Shown here: positions 1 through 9,504 of the stretch, one piece after another
How positions within the stretch are numbered: position 1 is the first letter of the stretch
How the letters are laid out: the number at the start of each line of letters is the position of its first letter
Assembly (NCBI GenBank): GCA_964343245.1
Contig: CAYFIU010000001.1
Location: 1 to 43,211, forward strand
Direction: 5' to 3'
DNA from: Candidatus Woesearchaeota archaeon
GTDB lineage: Archaea; Nanobdellota; Nanobdellia; SCGC-AAA011-G17; GW2011-AR17
Length of the DNA: 43,211 bases
The notes under the pieces: model-generated
The model's input: only the letters and a program-made list of their open reading frames with translations
Databases searched by the model: none
What the model was told of the DNA's origin: nothing
Made by a program: the position numbers and the translations under genes

Positions 1-312
1 TTTAGCTAAAATAATTAACTCTGAAGTATTTTCTTTTTCGCTAAGTTCTTTCATAAGTTTAGGGCTCATTTCCCAATGTTCGTCAGCCTTTGCTTTCTTC
101 AAGATGTCTTTTGCCCAATCTGATAATTTTTTATTTTTTTTGTATAGTATGGCTTTAATTTTCCAGTTATTATTGATTAATTGATTGATAGATTTAACAC
201 CTTCAACAAAGAAAGTTTTATTTTTTTGTCTTTTACTACGATTCCTTCTAAGTGCATCAGCATATTGATATGTATTATCTTCCTTTGTTACTGAAATTAT
301 TTTAGTTTTCAT
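1..312 (-). CDS. TrmH/SpoU-family RNA methyltransferase, N-terminal part only (C-terminus lies off the left edge)
   Basis: Not in the ORF track because it runs off the window. My translation from the ATG (complement of 310-312) is MKTKIISVTKEDNTYQYADALRRNRSKRQKNKTFFVEGVKSINQLINNNWKIKAILYKK...SELIILAK. The basic stretch followed by F-VEG and a later LIILA strand matches the usual N-terminal layout of SpoU/TrmH enzymes. A TATA-like ggttttaaatc lies about 27 nt upstream. Confidence 0.4.
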   Translation of the reverse strand, partial: MKTKIISVTKEDNTYQYADALRRNRSKRQKNKTFFVEGVKSINQLINNNWKIKAILYKKNKKLSDWAKDILKKAKADEHWEMSPKLMKELSEKENTSELIILAK

Positions 313-419
313 TATTCTTTTTTAGAAACAAATTGGTTTTAAATCTTTCTATGATTGGTTTGTTGGCCAAATCTTATCTTCATATCTTCTAATACACCTT
401 TCAAGAATATAAAAGTTTC

Positions 420-920
420 TCATTTAACCATTTCATTAACAATCCAACCAACAAAGATTTCAGAAACTTCTTGAGGATTATTAGATCCACCATTAACAAT
501 AAGATGCTTAGTTTCAGCTTTGACATATCTTTCTAAATGTTTAGCCCAAATTATATTAGCATCAATTAATTCATTACTCCATTTTCTTCTTGTCAACCTC
601 TCTCTAATTTGGGATTCACTAAGGTGTATAAATCCATAATGAACATTTAAAGAAGAATCATAAAATCGAGATTTTTTAATTTCATCAGGAACAAAAACTC
701 CACAAACAACCATAATTCTGCCATCTCTTTTATAATTTTGCGCTTCTTTTAAAAAATAATCTGTTCTTCCTCTTCTCCAAGCCTCATCTGCACCTTTGGG
801 AACTCCATCTTCATCAATATCATGAATCCTAGCAAAAGGTAACTGGTCTTTTAAATTATTCATCAAAGTTGTTTTCCCTGAACTACTTGTCCCAGTTATA
901 AAAAATAATACAAACCTCAT
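420..920 (-). CDS. P-loop NTPase, small kinase-like (AAA_33-type layout)
   Basis: 166 aa. Walker A 'GTSSSGKTT' is at residues 10-18 and a hydrophobic strand plus Asp ('IHDIDEDG') follows. TATA gattatataaag is centred 27 nt upstream of the ATG. Confidence 0.6.
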   Translation of the reverse strand: MRFVLFFITGTSSSGKTTLMNNLKDQLPFARIHDIDEDGVPKGADEAWRRGRTDYFLKEAQNYKRDGRIMVVCGVFVPDEIKKSRFYDSSLNVHYGFIHLSESQIRERLTRRKWSNELIDANIIWAKHLERYVKAETKHLIVNGGSNNPQEVSEIFVGWIVNEMVK

Positions 921-955
921 ATTATAATCTTTAATTAAAGATTATATAAAGTTTC

Positions 956-1927
956 TTATTTAACCATCTCCCTAGGCAAATAATCCAAAGTATGCTCTTT
1001 AGTATACTCCATAAAATAATAATCATAAATAATATCAGCAAACTTTATCTTTATATCTTCAATTATATCATACAACTCATTATTACTCTTCACTTGAACC
1101 TCAATCTCATAATCAGCTCCACCAACAGCCTCAACAACATGGATAATATTTGGATGAGTTTGAGCATATCTTAACAATGAATTAAATTCACTCATAGAAT
1201 AATTTTTCAATTTAAAATGAACTTTAAAATAAATCATATTCAATTTACTCATATCATAAAAAGGAGTAAACCCAATAATAACTTCTTCATCTATCATTTT
1301 ATTAACTCTATCTCTTATCAACTTAGGATGTTCTTTTAATCTCCTAGCCAAATCAATATACTTAATCCTTCCATTATTCAATAATATTCCTAAAATCTTA
1401 ATATCTAACTCATCTAACTTTGGTTTCTTACCTCTATCTCCCATCACCAACACTCTTTTATTGCTTTTGTTATCTAACAAATAACCTCTTTTATAATGCC
1501 AAAGTTTTGTCATGGTTGAAACCCAACAATCTTGAATATACTCTCCAAACTTTGATTTAAGTTCACTCAAATAATTATTATATTCAAAAATTGTAGAAGC
1601 AAAACTCATGGTTGTCAAATTCCAGTTACCTTCAACTTTTGTAACCCAATTTACTTTTTTCTGTAAATAATGAATAATCTCTTCTTCTTTTTTTGGAGTT
1701 AAATTAGTAAATTTATAATAAGTTCTAAACATGAGAAAACCTAAATTTAAAGTGTTCACCAGAGTCATATAATACTTTATTATTCCTTCTCTCTCAAGCT
1801 TTTCAAGTCTATACCTAACAACCTCCCTTGACAATTTAGTTCTCTTTGCTAATTGTGATTCTGGAATCCTTGCATTCAATTCAAGCTCATAAAGTATCCT
1901 TCTATCCTTTTTATCAAGTTTTATCAT
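956..1927 (-). CDS. Tandem (double) Lrp/AsnC-family transcriptional regulator
   Basis: 323 aa with two winged-HTH signatures: 'DKKDRRILYELELNARIPESQLAKRTKLSREVVRYRLEKLEREGIIK' and 'DELDIKILGILLNNGRIKYIDLARRLKEHPKLIRDRVNKMIDEEVIIGF'. Each is followed by an approximately 80-aa RAM-like region. TATA tttataaa is centred about 27 nt upstream. Confidence 0.75.
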   Translation of the reverse strand: MIKLDKKDRRILYELELNARIPESQLAKRTKLSREVVRYRLEKLEREGIIKYYMTLVNTLNLGFLMFRTYYKFTNLTPKKEEEIIHYLQKKVNWVTKVEGNWNLTTMSFASTIFEYNNYLSELKSKFGEYIQDCWVSTMTKLWHYKRGYLLDNKSNKRVLVMGDRGKKPKLDELDIKILGILLNNGRIKYIDLARRLKEHPKLIRDRVNKMIDEEVIIGFTPFYDMSKLNMIYFKVHFKLKNYSMSEFNSLLRYAQTHPNIIHVVEAVGGADYEIEVQVKSNNELYDIIEDIKIKFADIIYDYYFMEYTKEHTLDYLPREMVK

Positions 1928-2039
1928 ATTTTACACAAATATTACTTTATTTATAAACTTTTTGTTTTAAATGTGTAAAATTATAAGACAACTTTTAAAT
2001 ATTGAAAAGTATCACTTCACAGTAATAAAAAGAAGAAAA

Positions 2040-2744
2040 ATGACAAACATTCAAACATTAAAGGAATATAGAACAAGAATTGAAGGAATGCTTTACAACA
2101 GACCTAAGATAATTTTTGAAGCAGGTAGTGAGTATAGGAATGCAGGTTTATTTGGACAACACCCTACATTTTATTTTAGAGATTCAGCAGATGAAGTTAA
2201 AGAAAAATTAATTGGTTTTGACCAATTAGAATCTCGATTAGAAAGGGATAGATTTAGTTTGGCCTTCGGAGAATTATCAGAACCCGTTTCTGCAACTTAT
2301 CTTAGTGATAGATTTAGCTATAGGTTACAATTTGGAGAGGCACCAATCAATCTACAAATAAATGAAATTGGGTTAAGAGGAAATAGAATTACAAGGTATA
2401 AATTAGAAAAAGAAGAACCAACTAAAGAAAGAAAGTCTCTTATGGAAATGCCTGTTCAAAGTTCAGTTATGCTTAATGATTCTATAAAAACAGAGTTTTA
2501 TGGAACTTTTGAAAATCTTTTAGAAATGACTAAGCCTTATGAAAAGCTTACTGAAGAAATTAAAAAAAGAATGGTAGATAATGATCCTGCAGAAATAGAA
2601 TGGACACTTAGAAGAGGAGAATTATTTATGTATCAGCTGGCATTTTTTGAAAGAGTTATTCAAAGCGATCTTCCATTAATTTATAGTAATAATGCTAAAG
2701 GAGATATGGCAAAAAACTTAGCTGGCTTTGCCATCAATAATTAA
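2040..2744 (+). CDS. Hypothetical protein, first gene of orphan operon
   Basis: ORF-track ORF 1971..2744. I prefer Met24 (ATG 2040), but 1971 is not excluded. No motif recognised. It is on the same strand as the next ORF, with a 4-nt gap to it. Confidence 0.5.
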   Translation: MTNIQTLKEYRTRIEGMLYNRPKIIFEAGSEYRNAGLFGQHPTFYFRDSADEVKEKLIGFDQLESRLERDRFSLAFGELSEPVSATYLSDRFSYRLQFGEAPINLQINEIGLRGNRITRYKLEKEEPTKERKSLMEMPVQSSVMLNDSIKTEFYGTFENLLEMTKPYEKLTEEIKKRMVDNDPAEIEWTLRRGELFMYQLAFFERVIQSDLPLIYSNNAKGDMAKNLAGFAINN

Positions 2745-2748
2745 AAAA

Positions 2749-3465
2749 ATGGACCCAAACATAAGACCTTATTCATATTTTGTACTTAAAAATGAGGAAT
2801 TAGCATCAGATATAGATTTATTAGATTACACTGTATTATTTGGTTTATCTAAAAAAATACCAAAATATCGACCTAAATTGGCAGATTTAAGAGTTGTTTT
2901 ATTTGAGCAACTTGATGCTTTATCAGAAAGAGGCCCTTGTATTGAAGATGTAGGCATTATTACAGATGCCATTGAAAATACACTAGATCAAAGAATTACA
3001 GATTGGTTAACCCTAAATCCATCGGATAAAAGAGCATTAGGTTATAGTAAATTAACAGGTTATTCAATTAGTGCAACAATATATTATGAACAAATATTTC
3101 ATCATTTAATAAGAGATTTGGATTTAGAAAGAAGAAAAGAATTATTAGGTAATGCAGACCAAAATTATCAATTATCTCATAATCAACACCCATTATTTGA
3201 AGAATTATTTAAATTAGTCTCAGATGAAGAAAAAAAATCCATACAAACAAGGTATCACCAATTATTTCAAAGAGATCAAGTTAGGGGAATAGCTTACCAA
3301 AATTCTGGATTATATTTAAATAAAGGAGATAAAAATCAAAGAGCAAATGAAATTGAAAAAGAATTGGGTTTTGATTATGGTGGATACAAGTTTTCCGGAA
3401 AAGGAACCATAGAAGGATCTCATCAAGTTAATGCTGGTTTGTGTAAGATTTTTGGAAATTTATGA
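2749..3465 (+). CDS. Hypothetical protein, second gene of orphan operon
   Basis: The ORF-track ORF 2728..3465 starts at TTG. The first ATG, at 2749, gives MDPNIRPYSYF... No recognisable motif. Confidence 0.5.
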   Translation: MDPNIRPYSYFVLKNEELASDIDLLDYTVLFGLSKKIPKYRPKLADLRVVLFEQLDALSERGPCIEDVGIITDAIENTLDQRITDWLTLNPSDKRALGYSKLTGYSISATIYYEQIFHHLIRDLDLERRKELLGNADQNYQLSHNQHPLFEELFKLVSDEEKKSIQTRYHQLFQRDQVRGIAYQNSGLYLNKGDKNQRANEIEKELGFDYGGYKFSGKGTIEGSHQVNAGLCKIFGNL

Positions 3466-3661
3466 CTTTGATTTAAGTATGAGAGCACAAACAGCATTAG
3501 AATATAATGATTTAATAAAAATTTCAGATCTAGTCAATATGTCAAAAAGGGATTTACTAGAATTAAGGTGTTTTGGTAGGAAAGAAATTAGTCTTTTTTC
3601 AATGGAAATATTTAAGAAAATTAAAGATAAAAGAAAATACTTTAACAACTTTTTTACGTAA
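3431..3661 (+). CDS. Small helix-hairpin-helix protein resembling the bacterial RNA polymerase alpha C-terminal domain
   Basis: 76 aa. 'DLSMRAQTALEYNDLIKISDLVNMSKRDLLELRCFGRKEISLFSMEIFKKI' follows the alpha-CTD HhH pattern (LSVRSANCLK..I.T.GDL....E.ELL...N.GKKSL.EI). The start overlaps the upstream ORF by 35 nt. Confidence 0.5.
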   Translation: MLVCVRFLEIYDFDLSMRAQTALEYNDLIKISDLVNMSKRDLLELRCFGRKEISLFSMEIFKKIKDKRKYFNNFFT

Positions 3662-3786
3662 AAATAAGAAAACAAATAATTTTTATAAAAAGTTAGGTTA
3701 TAATATAGTACAAAAAAATAAAGAAGAAAATTGGATTCTTTTCTCAAAAAAGATTTAATACTTGAAATGAATATAAATTTAAACTT

Positions 3787-4554
3787 TTATTTTGAAGAAT
3801 TTAAAATAGAGTTTACTTTTCTCATTAAGGCTTTATCATCAAACTTTTTATTCTTAAATATATATCTTGTAAACTTCCAAAGAGCTCTCAAAGACCTTTT
3901 TATTTCTTCTTTTGAAGGTTCTCTACAATAAGACTGTTGCATAAGTTTCATTTCATTTTTATTCAATAATTTTTCAGCATTTGCAAAACCAAATTGTATA
4001 TTCCCTTTCATTTTCATCAAATCTATAAATAATCTCTGAACTCTAAAATTAATCCAATCTCTAGATTCCCACTTCCATCCTCTAGAACATCTTTGAGCTG
4101 CAATTATCTGGGTGATGATTGCTTCTTTAAATTCTCCATCTATATATTCTCTATCTACTTTATTTTTAAATTTTTTAGCCTTAGTTTTAAAATTCTTCAG
4201 TAAATTATTTTTATCCTTAATAATAACAATACTATTATATTTGCCCCAAGGCTTCATACTATCTGTAGTATGTAATTTAAGATCTACTTTTTGAAAATCA
4301 TCAATAAAAGACTTAACATTCTTATCATCCAAAAAATACACTAGTTTAATTTTGCCTAATTTTTTTAATAATATCTTAATATTACTCTTACTTTTCTCTA
4401 AAAATTTTTTATTAACTATAAGTTCTATGTCTAAATCAGAATATTCATCATTCATACCTCTACTATAAGATCCAGAATAAAACATTCCTATGATATCTTT
4501 GTTATTTTGAACAGATCTTTCAAATTTTTTTAAATTTAAATCTTCTATAGCCAT
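3787..4554 (-). CDS. Pol-beta-superfamily nucleotidyltransferase (aminoglycoside/substrate NTase-like)
   Basis: 255 aa. N-terminal 'GSYSRG' plus 'SDLDIE' form the NTase signature, followed by a helical C-terminal half. A TATA is centred 27-28 nt upstream of the ATG. Confidence 0.6.
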   Translation of the reverse strand: MAIEDLNLKKFERSVQNNKDIIGMFYSGSYSRGMNDEYSDLDIELIVNKKFLEKSKSNIKILLKKLGKIKLVYFLDDKNVKSFIDDFQKVDLKLHTTDSMKPWGKYNSIVIIKDKNNLLKNFKTKAKKFKNKVDREYIDGEFKEAIITQIIAAQRCSRGWKWESRDWINFRVQRLFIDLMKMKGNIQFGFANAEKLLNKNEMKLMQQSYCREPSKEEIKRSLRALWKFTRYIFKNKKFDDKALMRKVNSILNSSK

Positions 4555-4678
4555 ATGAATATTATTAGTTATAATCTTTATTAAATATTTCTATTAACTA
4601 ACTTTATTTCCCTTTAAGGTATAAAATATTTTTTACAGCAATAAACAGCAGTCACTCCATAAAAAATCCCTTCGAAAC

Positions 4679-5866
4679 TTATTCCCACCTTAAAGCTTCA
4701 ACAGGTTTCAACCTAGAAGCTTTCCATGCAGGATAAACACCAGAAATCATTCCAACAATAAAAGCAAAAATCAAAGCAAAAGCAACAACATCCCATTCTA
4801 TAGTAATCCTAAGCAATCCAAACCCAAGCAACCCAGCCACACCTTCAACAGCAAAAGCAAAAACATTACCAAGCACAACACCAATAATTCCACCAACAAG
4901 ACCAATCAACCCAGCTTCAATAAGAAAGATAAACATAATTTCAGCTCTAGAAGCACCAACAGCTTTCATTACACCAATCTGTTTAGTCCTTTCCAAAACA
5001 GAAGAATACATGGAATTCATAATACCAATTCCACCAACAAGCAAAGAAATTGCAGCAATACCTCCAAGTAAAAACTGTACAACACCAAGAATAGAACCTA
5101 ACTGATCTAACAATTGATCAGGTGTAAACATATCAAAATTATCATCATCTCTTTTTTTCTCTAAGTCCTTTACAACTTTCGCACTAATCTCAGTTATGTT
5201 TTCTCCCTCTTCAATAGCAGCGACAATTGCATTAACACCTTCATCATTATCAAACAATTCTCTTGCATTAGTTAATGAAATATAAGCTACTGTATCAGCT
5301 CCCTGGTCACCAATCTGTTCCATGATACCAATAACTTCAAACTTTTCATCATCAATTAGAATGTTATTCTTTAGCCTTATATCTTCTTCATAAGTTTTGT
5401 ACGCAACAGCATCACCAATAACTGCAACACCTGTATCACCCTCAGAGAACCAGTCTCCTTCAGCTAAGGTGATATCCATATCTATTTTTCCTTCACTCGC
5501 AAGATTACCTGGATAACCCTTAATAAACATAATTTCCTCAGTGTTATCATACTCAACAGTTGCATAGTTTATGGTCATACCTGCAACCCAATCAATTCCA
5601 ATTACATTTTCAACAGTATCAACATCATCTATCGTTAATCCAGAGACCTCAACAGGAAGCCCTGTCAACCCTTCAGGCACAACCCTTATTTTATCACTGC
5701 CCATAACTTCAAACTGTTCAACAATTGCATTCTCCAAACCTTGACCAACAGTAATCAAAGAAACAATCGCAGCAATACCAATAACAACACCTAGGATAGT
5801 TAACCAACTTCGTAACTGTCTGTGCTTCATGTTCTTTATTCCATGCATAAAAAAATCTTTAATCAT
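4679..5866 (-). CDS. ABC transporter permease, MacB/FtsX family (copy 2)
   Basis: 395 aa. Layout is an N-terminal TM helix, an extracytoplasmic domain of about 200 aa and a C-terminal FtsX block ('GGIGIMNSM...ERTKQIGVMKAVGA'). 4-nt overlap with the upstream paralog. Confidence 0.85.
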   Translation of the reverse strand: MIKDFFMHGIKNMKHRQLRSWLTILGVVIGIAAIVSLITVGQGLENAIVEQFEVMGSDKIRVVPEGLTGLPVEVSGLTIDDVDTVENVIGIDWVAGMTINYATVEYDNTEEIMFIKGYPGNLASEGKIDMDITLAEGDWFSEGDTGVAVIGDAVAYKTYEEDIRLKNNILIDDEKFEVIGIMEQIGDQGADTVAYISLTNARELFDNDEGVNAIVAAIEEGENITEISAKVVKDLEKKRDDDNFDMFTPDQLLDQLGSILGVVQFLLGGIAAISLLVGGIGIMNSMYSSVLERTKQIGVMKAVGASRAEIMFIFLIEAGLIGLVGGIIGVVLGNVFAFAVEGVAGLLGFGLLRITIEWDVVAFALIFAFIVGMISGVYPAWKASRLKPVEALRWE

Positions 5867-7053
5867 TCTCTTAAAGCCTCCACTGGCAACAGCTTAGCTG
5901 CCTGTCTTGCAGGTAAGTAACCAGACAATACCCCAACACCAAAAGCAAATAGCAATGCAGCTATTGCTAACCACCACTCAACTTGTATACTTAGATACAA
6001 GAAACCTTGCAACTCAGCAAACCATCCAATCCCAAAAGCAATCAAACTTCCTAGGATAACCCCCAACAATCCTCCAACAAACCCTAACAATCCAGCCTCA
6101 ACAATAAAAATCATCATAATATCTTTTGGCCCAGCACCAATACTTTTCATGATACCAATTTCTTTCTTCCTCTCTAAAACATTAGTAAACATTGAGTTCA
6201 TAATTCCAATCCCTCCAACAAGCAAAGAAATTGCAGCAATCCCTCCAAGAACAAGTTGCACAATGTCTAGGATGTTCCCAAACTGCGAAAGTAACTGCTC
6301 AGAAGAATAAACATCAATGTCCTCAGCATCTCTGTACCTCTCTAACCTATCTTTAACATCAGCAGCAACCTCACTAATTTCAAAACCTTCCATCACAACC
6401 AACTCAATAAAGTTAATTTCGTCAACTTTATCATAAATCTCTCTAGCATCATCTAGTGTAACATAGATTGAAGTATCATCCTGTTCATTACCAACTCTTT
6501 CAAAAATTCCAATAACATCATATTTTTCTCCACCAATATCTAACTTATTATTAACTCTGACTTCTTCATCATCAAACAATTTGTGTGCAACAGAGTTCCC
6601 AATCATAATAGAACCATCTTCTTCACCCTGCCACCACCGCCCATCCTCAACATTTAAAATATAAGAATACCTTTTATCAGCATCAGTGGTTGGCATTCCC
6701 ATCACTGTTGTATAAGCTTCTATATTATCAAACTCAACAGCAGTTCTTTCATAAATATAAGGGTTAACATAATCAAACTTCCCAAGTCCTTCAAGAAAAT
6801 CAGCATCATCTGTAGTTAAACCTTCAGCACCTTGTGCAGCACCAAACACCCCTGCCCCTGTTTTTGGAAAAACATAAATTATGTTTATACCCATATCTTC
6901 GAACTGTTCAACAATAGCATTCTCCAAACCCTGGGAAACAGAAATTAAAGTAACAATCGCAGCAATACCAATTATAATCCCAATAACAGTTAACCAGCTA
7001 CGCATTTTTCTATGCATAATACTCTGTAGAGCAAACTTAAAGGCATCATTCAT
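5863..7053 (-). CDS. ABC transporter permease, MacB/FtsX family (copy 1)
   Basis: 396 aa, clear paralog of 4679..5866 (shared 'GIAAIV.LI.V.QGLENAIVEQFE.MG' and 'LLVGGIGIMNSM'). Confidence 0.85.
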   Translation of the reverse strand: MNDAFKFALQSIMHRKMRSWLTVIGIIIGIAAIVTLISVSQGLENAIVEQFEDMGINIIYVFPKTGAGVFGAAQGAEGLTTDDADFLEGLGKFDYVNPYIYERTAVEFDNIEAYTTVMGMPTTDADKRYSYILNVEDGRWWQGEEDGSIMIGNSVAHKLFDDEEVRVNNKLDIGGEKYDVIGIFERVGNEQDDTSIYVTLDDAREIYDKVDEINFIELVVMEGFEISEVAADVKDRLERYRDAEDIDVYSSEQLLSQFGNILDIVQLVLGGIAAISLLVGGIGIMNSMFTNVLERKKEIGIMKSIGAGPKDIMMIFIVEAGLLGFVGGLLGVILGSLIAFGIGWFAELQGFLYLSIQVEWWLAIAALLFAFGVGVLSGYLPARQAAKLLPVEALRE

Positions 7054-7137
7054 ACTAGAACTCTTATTCTTTGTTCTTTATTATGTTTTTGGGTGTTGTA
7101 TAGAAATGACAGCAAGAGATATTTGCAAAAAAGCACA

Positions 7138-8517
7138 TTAAATCGACTTAAGAAACTTTTGCAACTTTCTTGGCCAGGTCTTAACATTTTTCCACCTAAA
7201 GAAAAACAAAATCCTAAAAGGCAACTTAATCAACTCTACTAAACCATACTTCAAAGCTTTGTCAACCTTTTTCTCTCTTCTCCAGCCTTTAATAGCAAAG
7301 TAAACAAACGCAATAATAATAAGATAAACTAACCAACTATAACTAGAACCATTTGCACTCAAACCAAACAACTGAATTTCAGCAGCATCATAAACAGGTA
7401 GAGCTAAACTAACTTCCTCAACATACTCTGTGTTGTAAGCATCTTTGTAAGTTACTTGCACATTCAAATCAACATCTTCTTCAGAAACATAAAGATCAAA
7501 ACTAGAAGTTTCAAAATCATCACTGTCAACATTACCAAGGTATTCTTTAGTTGTACTCAAAACAGTGTAACCATCACACTCTAACAATTCCAAAGTCATA
7601 TACTTTAGATCAGAAGGGCCAGTATTAGATATAGAGAGAACAACACTACCAGTTGAACCCTTTGTAAATGTGTCAAACTCTTCAACATTAAATTCTAAAT
7701 CAGGTTCAGAAGCAATCAAAACAGCAAAACTATCATTGTTACTATAACTAGTACCAAGTTCATCATCATATGTAAACAGGAAAGGAATACTGTAAACACC
7801 AGCAGTTGCACTTTCATCAACAATAACATGAAAGGTAAAAATGTAAGCCTCACCAGAATCAAGTTGTCTTAGTGTTAACCTGTCTGTCATTTGGTATGCC
7901 ACAACAGGAACACTTCCTCCATTCTCAAGCTCTAACTCTAAATTTCTAAACAAAGAATAAGCATTGTTCATAACAGTAATCTCAATCTCAGCTCTCTGAC
8001 CTGGTTCAATTTCATCAGGATCAGTATCAATACTAACCACATCCAGTGCAGAGTCAACAACTTGCACATCAACATTTAATCCAGCGGTTTCAACTCCAGC
8101 AGGATTATTATCATGCCTTACAATAAAAGTGATTTCATTTTCACCAGGATAAACTCCTTGGTCAACTTTAAGCTCATACTTAATTGTTACTGATTCACCT
8201 TTAGCTAAATCACCAAGCTCTTTAATAGCATCTTCATCATTTTGCAATGTAAAAGGAAAGCCTTCAATAAGTTCAATCTCAACATCATCTAAAAGAACAT
8301 TACTATTCCCGCTCCAACTTCCTTCATTTTGAACAGATAACCATAGGTCAAAACTTTCACCAGCTCCAATTGGATCTGGACTAGTTCTAACAACCTCAAT
8401 TCGGATATCAGTACCAGTATCAACGCCAACAATAACAGAATCAGCACTAACAAATTGTAATAACATAACAAACAACAACAAAAGTACAATTCCTCTTTTA
8501 ATTAACAACTTTTCCAT
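7138..8517 (-). CDS. Secreted/anchored beta-rich repeat protein (COG1361 / CARDB-like 'S-layer-like' protein associated with ABC exporters)
   Basis: 459 aa. It has a signal peptide (MEKLLIKRGIVLLLLFVMLLQFVSA), repeated beta-rich modules of about 100 aa, and a C-terminal TM helix plus basic tail. It sits between the ATPase and the permeases and overlaps the ATPase by 20 nt. Confidence 0.55.
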   Translation of the reverse strand: MEKLLIKRGIVLLLLFVMLLQFVSADSVIVGVDTGTDIRIEVVRTSPDPIGAGESFDLWLSVQNEGSWSGNSNVLLDDVEIELIEGFPFTLQNDEDAIKELGDLAKGESVTIKYELKVDQGVYPGENEITFIVRHDNNPAGVETAGLNVDVQVVDSALDVVSIDTDPDEIEPGQRAEIEITVMNNAYSLFRNLELELENGGSVPVVAYQMTDRLTLRQLDSGEAYIFTFHVIVDESATAGVYSIPFLFTYDDELGTSYSNNDSFAVLIASEPDLEFNVEEFDTFTKGSTGSVVLSISNTGPSDLKYMTLELLECDGYTVLSTTKEYLGNVDSDDFETSSFDLYVSEEDVDLNVQVTYKDAYNTEYVEEVSLALPVYDAAEIQLFGLSANGSSYSWLVYLIIIAFVYFAIKGWRREKKVDKALKYGLVELIKLPFRILFFFRWKNVKTWPRKLQKFLKSI

Positions 8518-9175
8518 CTTGCAATTTAATTATTCTATCTGCTTTCTTAGCTACATACATATCATGTGTTACGATTATTAAAGTTTTCCCTTTTTTTCTA
8601 TTCAAATTAATTAATAAGTCCAAAATTTGCTCACCTGTCTTTGTATCTAGGTTTCCAGTGGGTTCATCAGCCAAAATAACTTCAGGATCATTTGCTAAAG
8701 CTCTTGCAATAGCAGTCCTTTGTCTTTCACCACCAGATAAAGAACTTGGTTTGTGATCCAACCTGTGCCCAAGGTCCACCTGTTCCAATAGTTGTTTGGC
8801 TCTTTTCTCCATCTTTTCTTCAGTGTAACCTTGAAATATCATTGGCAACCTAACATTTTCAACAGCATCCAAGCTAGGAATCAGATTAAATGTCTGAAAA
8901 ACAAACCCTATCTTTCTACCTCTAACTCTAGCCAACTCTTTTTCGTCAAGTTTAGAAATATCTTTGCCATCTAAGGAAATCTTACCTTTTGTAGCGTTGT
9001 CCAAACAACCAATCATGTTTAAGCAGGTACTTTTACCTGATCCTGATTTACCAATTATAGAAACAAATTCCCCATTCTTAATATTAATATCAATGCCTCT
9101 AATAGCAGGAACCTCTGTTTCACCTAACATATAAATCTTCCACACCTCTTCAAGCTTGATAACAGAACTTTTCAT
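8498..9175 (-). CDS. ABC transporter ATP-binding protein (MacB/LolD-type)
   Basis: Walker A GKSGSGKST, signature LSGGERQR, Walker B ILADEPTGNLD, H-loop VTHD. Confidence 0.9.
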   Translation of the reverse strand: MKSSVIKLEEVWKIYMLGETEVPAIRGIDINIKNGEFVSIIGKSGSGKSTCLNMIGCLDNATKGKISLDGKDISKLDEKELARVRGRKIGFVFQTFNLIPSLDAVENVRLPMIFQGYTEEKMEKRAKQLLEQVDLGHRLDHKPSSLSGGERQRTAIARALANDPEVILADEPTGNLDTKTGEQILDLLINLNRKKGKTLIIVTHDMYVAKKADRIIKLQDGKVVN

Positions 9176-9190
9176 AATTATTTAATTATG

Positions 9191-9487
9191 TTAAGAGTTT
9201 TTATAGTTTTTGTAGATAAAAGGTATCAATAAACCTGCTTTAGTGCTAACATCATCAACATAAGACAACCCCACTATAACAACAACAACAATAACAACAA
9301 TCGCAATAGCAACAATTCCAACAGAAATCCACAACTTTTTATTATCAAACAAGCTAGAACTTTTGCTTGGCTTAAATTCAGCTCTCTCTTCAGGCATAAA
9401 ACTTGGTTGCGTTTCTTCAACCTTGATTGTTTCTACTTTCCTCTTTGCAAACAAAGGTTTCCTTGAAGGTGTTATCTGTTGTGGCAT
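9191..9487 (-). CDS. Small single-pass membrane protein, first gene of the ABC operon
   Basis: 98 aa. Central hydrophobic helix WISVGIVAIAIVVIVVVVIVGL. TATA ctatttaaacc is centred 27 nt upstream. Confidence 0.45.
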   Translation of the reverse strand: MPQQITPSRKPLFAKRKVETIKVEETQPSFMPEERAEFKPSKSSSLFDNKKLWISVGIVAIAIVVIVVVVIVGLSYVDDVSTKAGLLIPFIYKNYKNS

Positions 9488-9504
9488 ATTATACTATTAC
9501 CAAA

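Noticed and set aside
3460-3931. Several 60-95-aa ORFs on both strands in the AT-rich region between the HhH gene and the NTase gene.
   Set aside because: They are extremely K/N/F/L/Y-biased translations of AT-rich spacer and of the 3' ends of convergent genes. They overlap one another and show no start signals.
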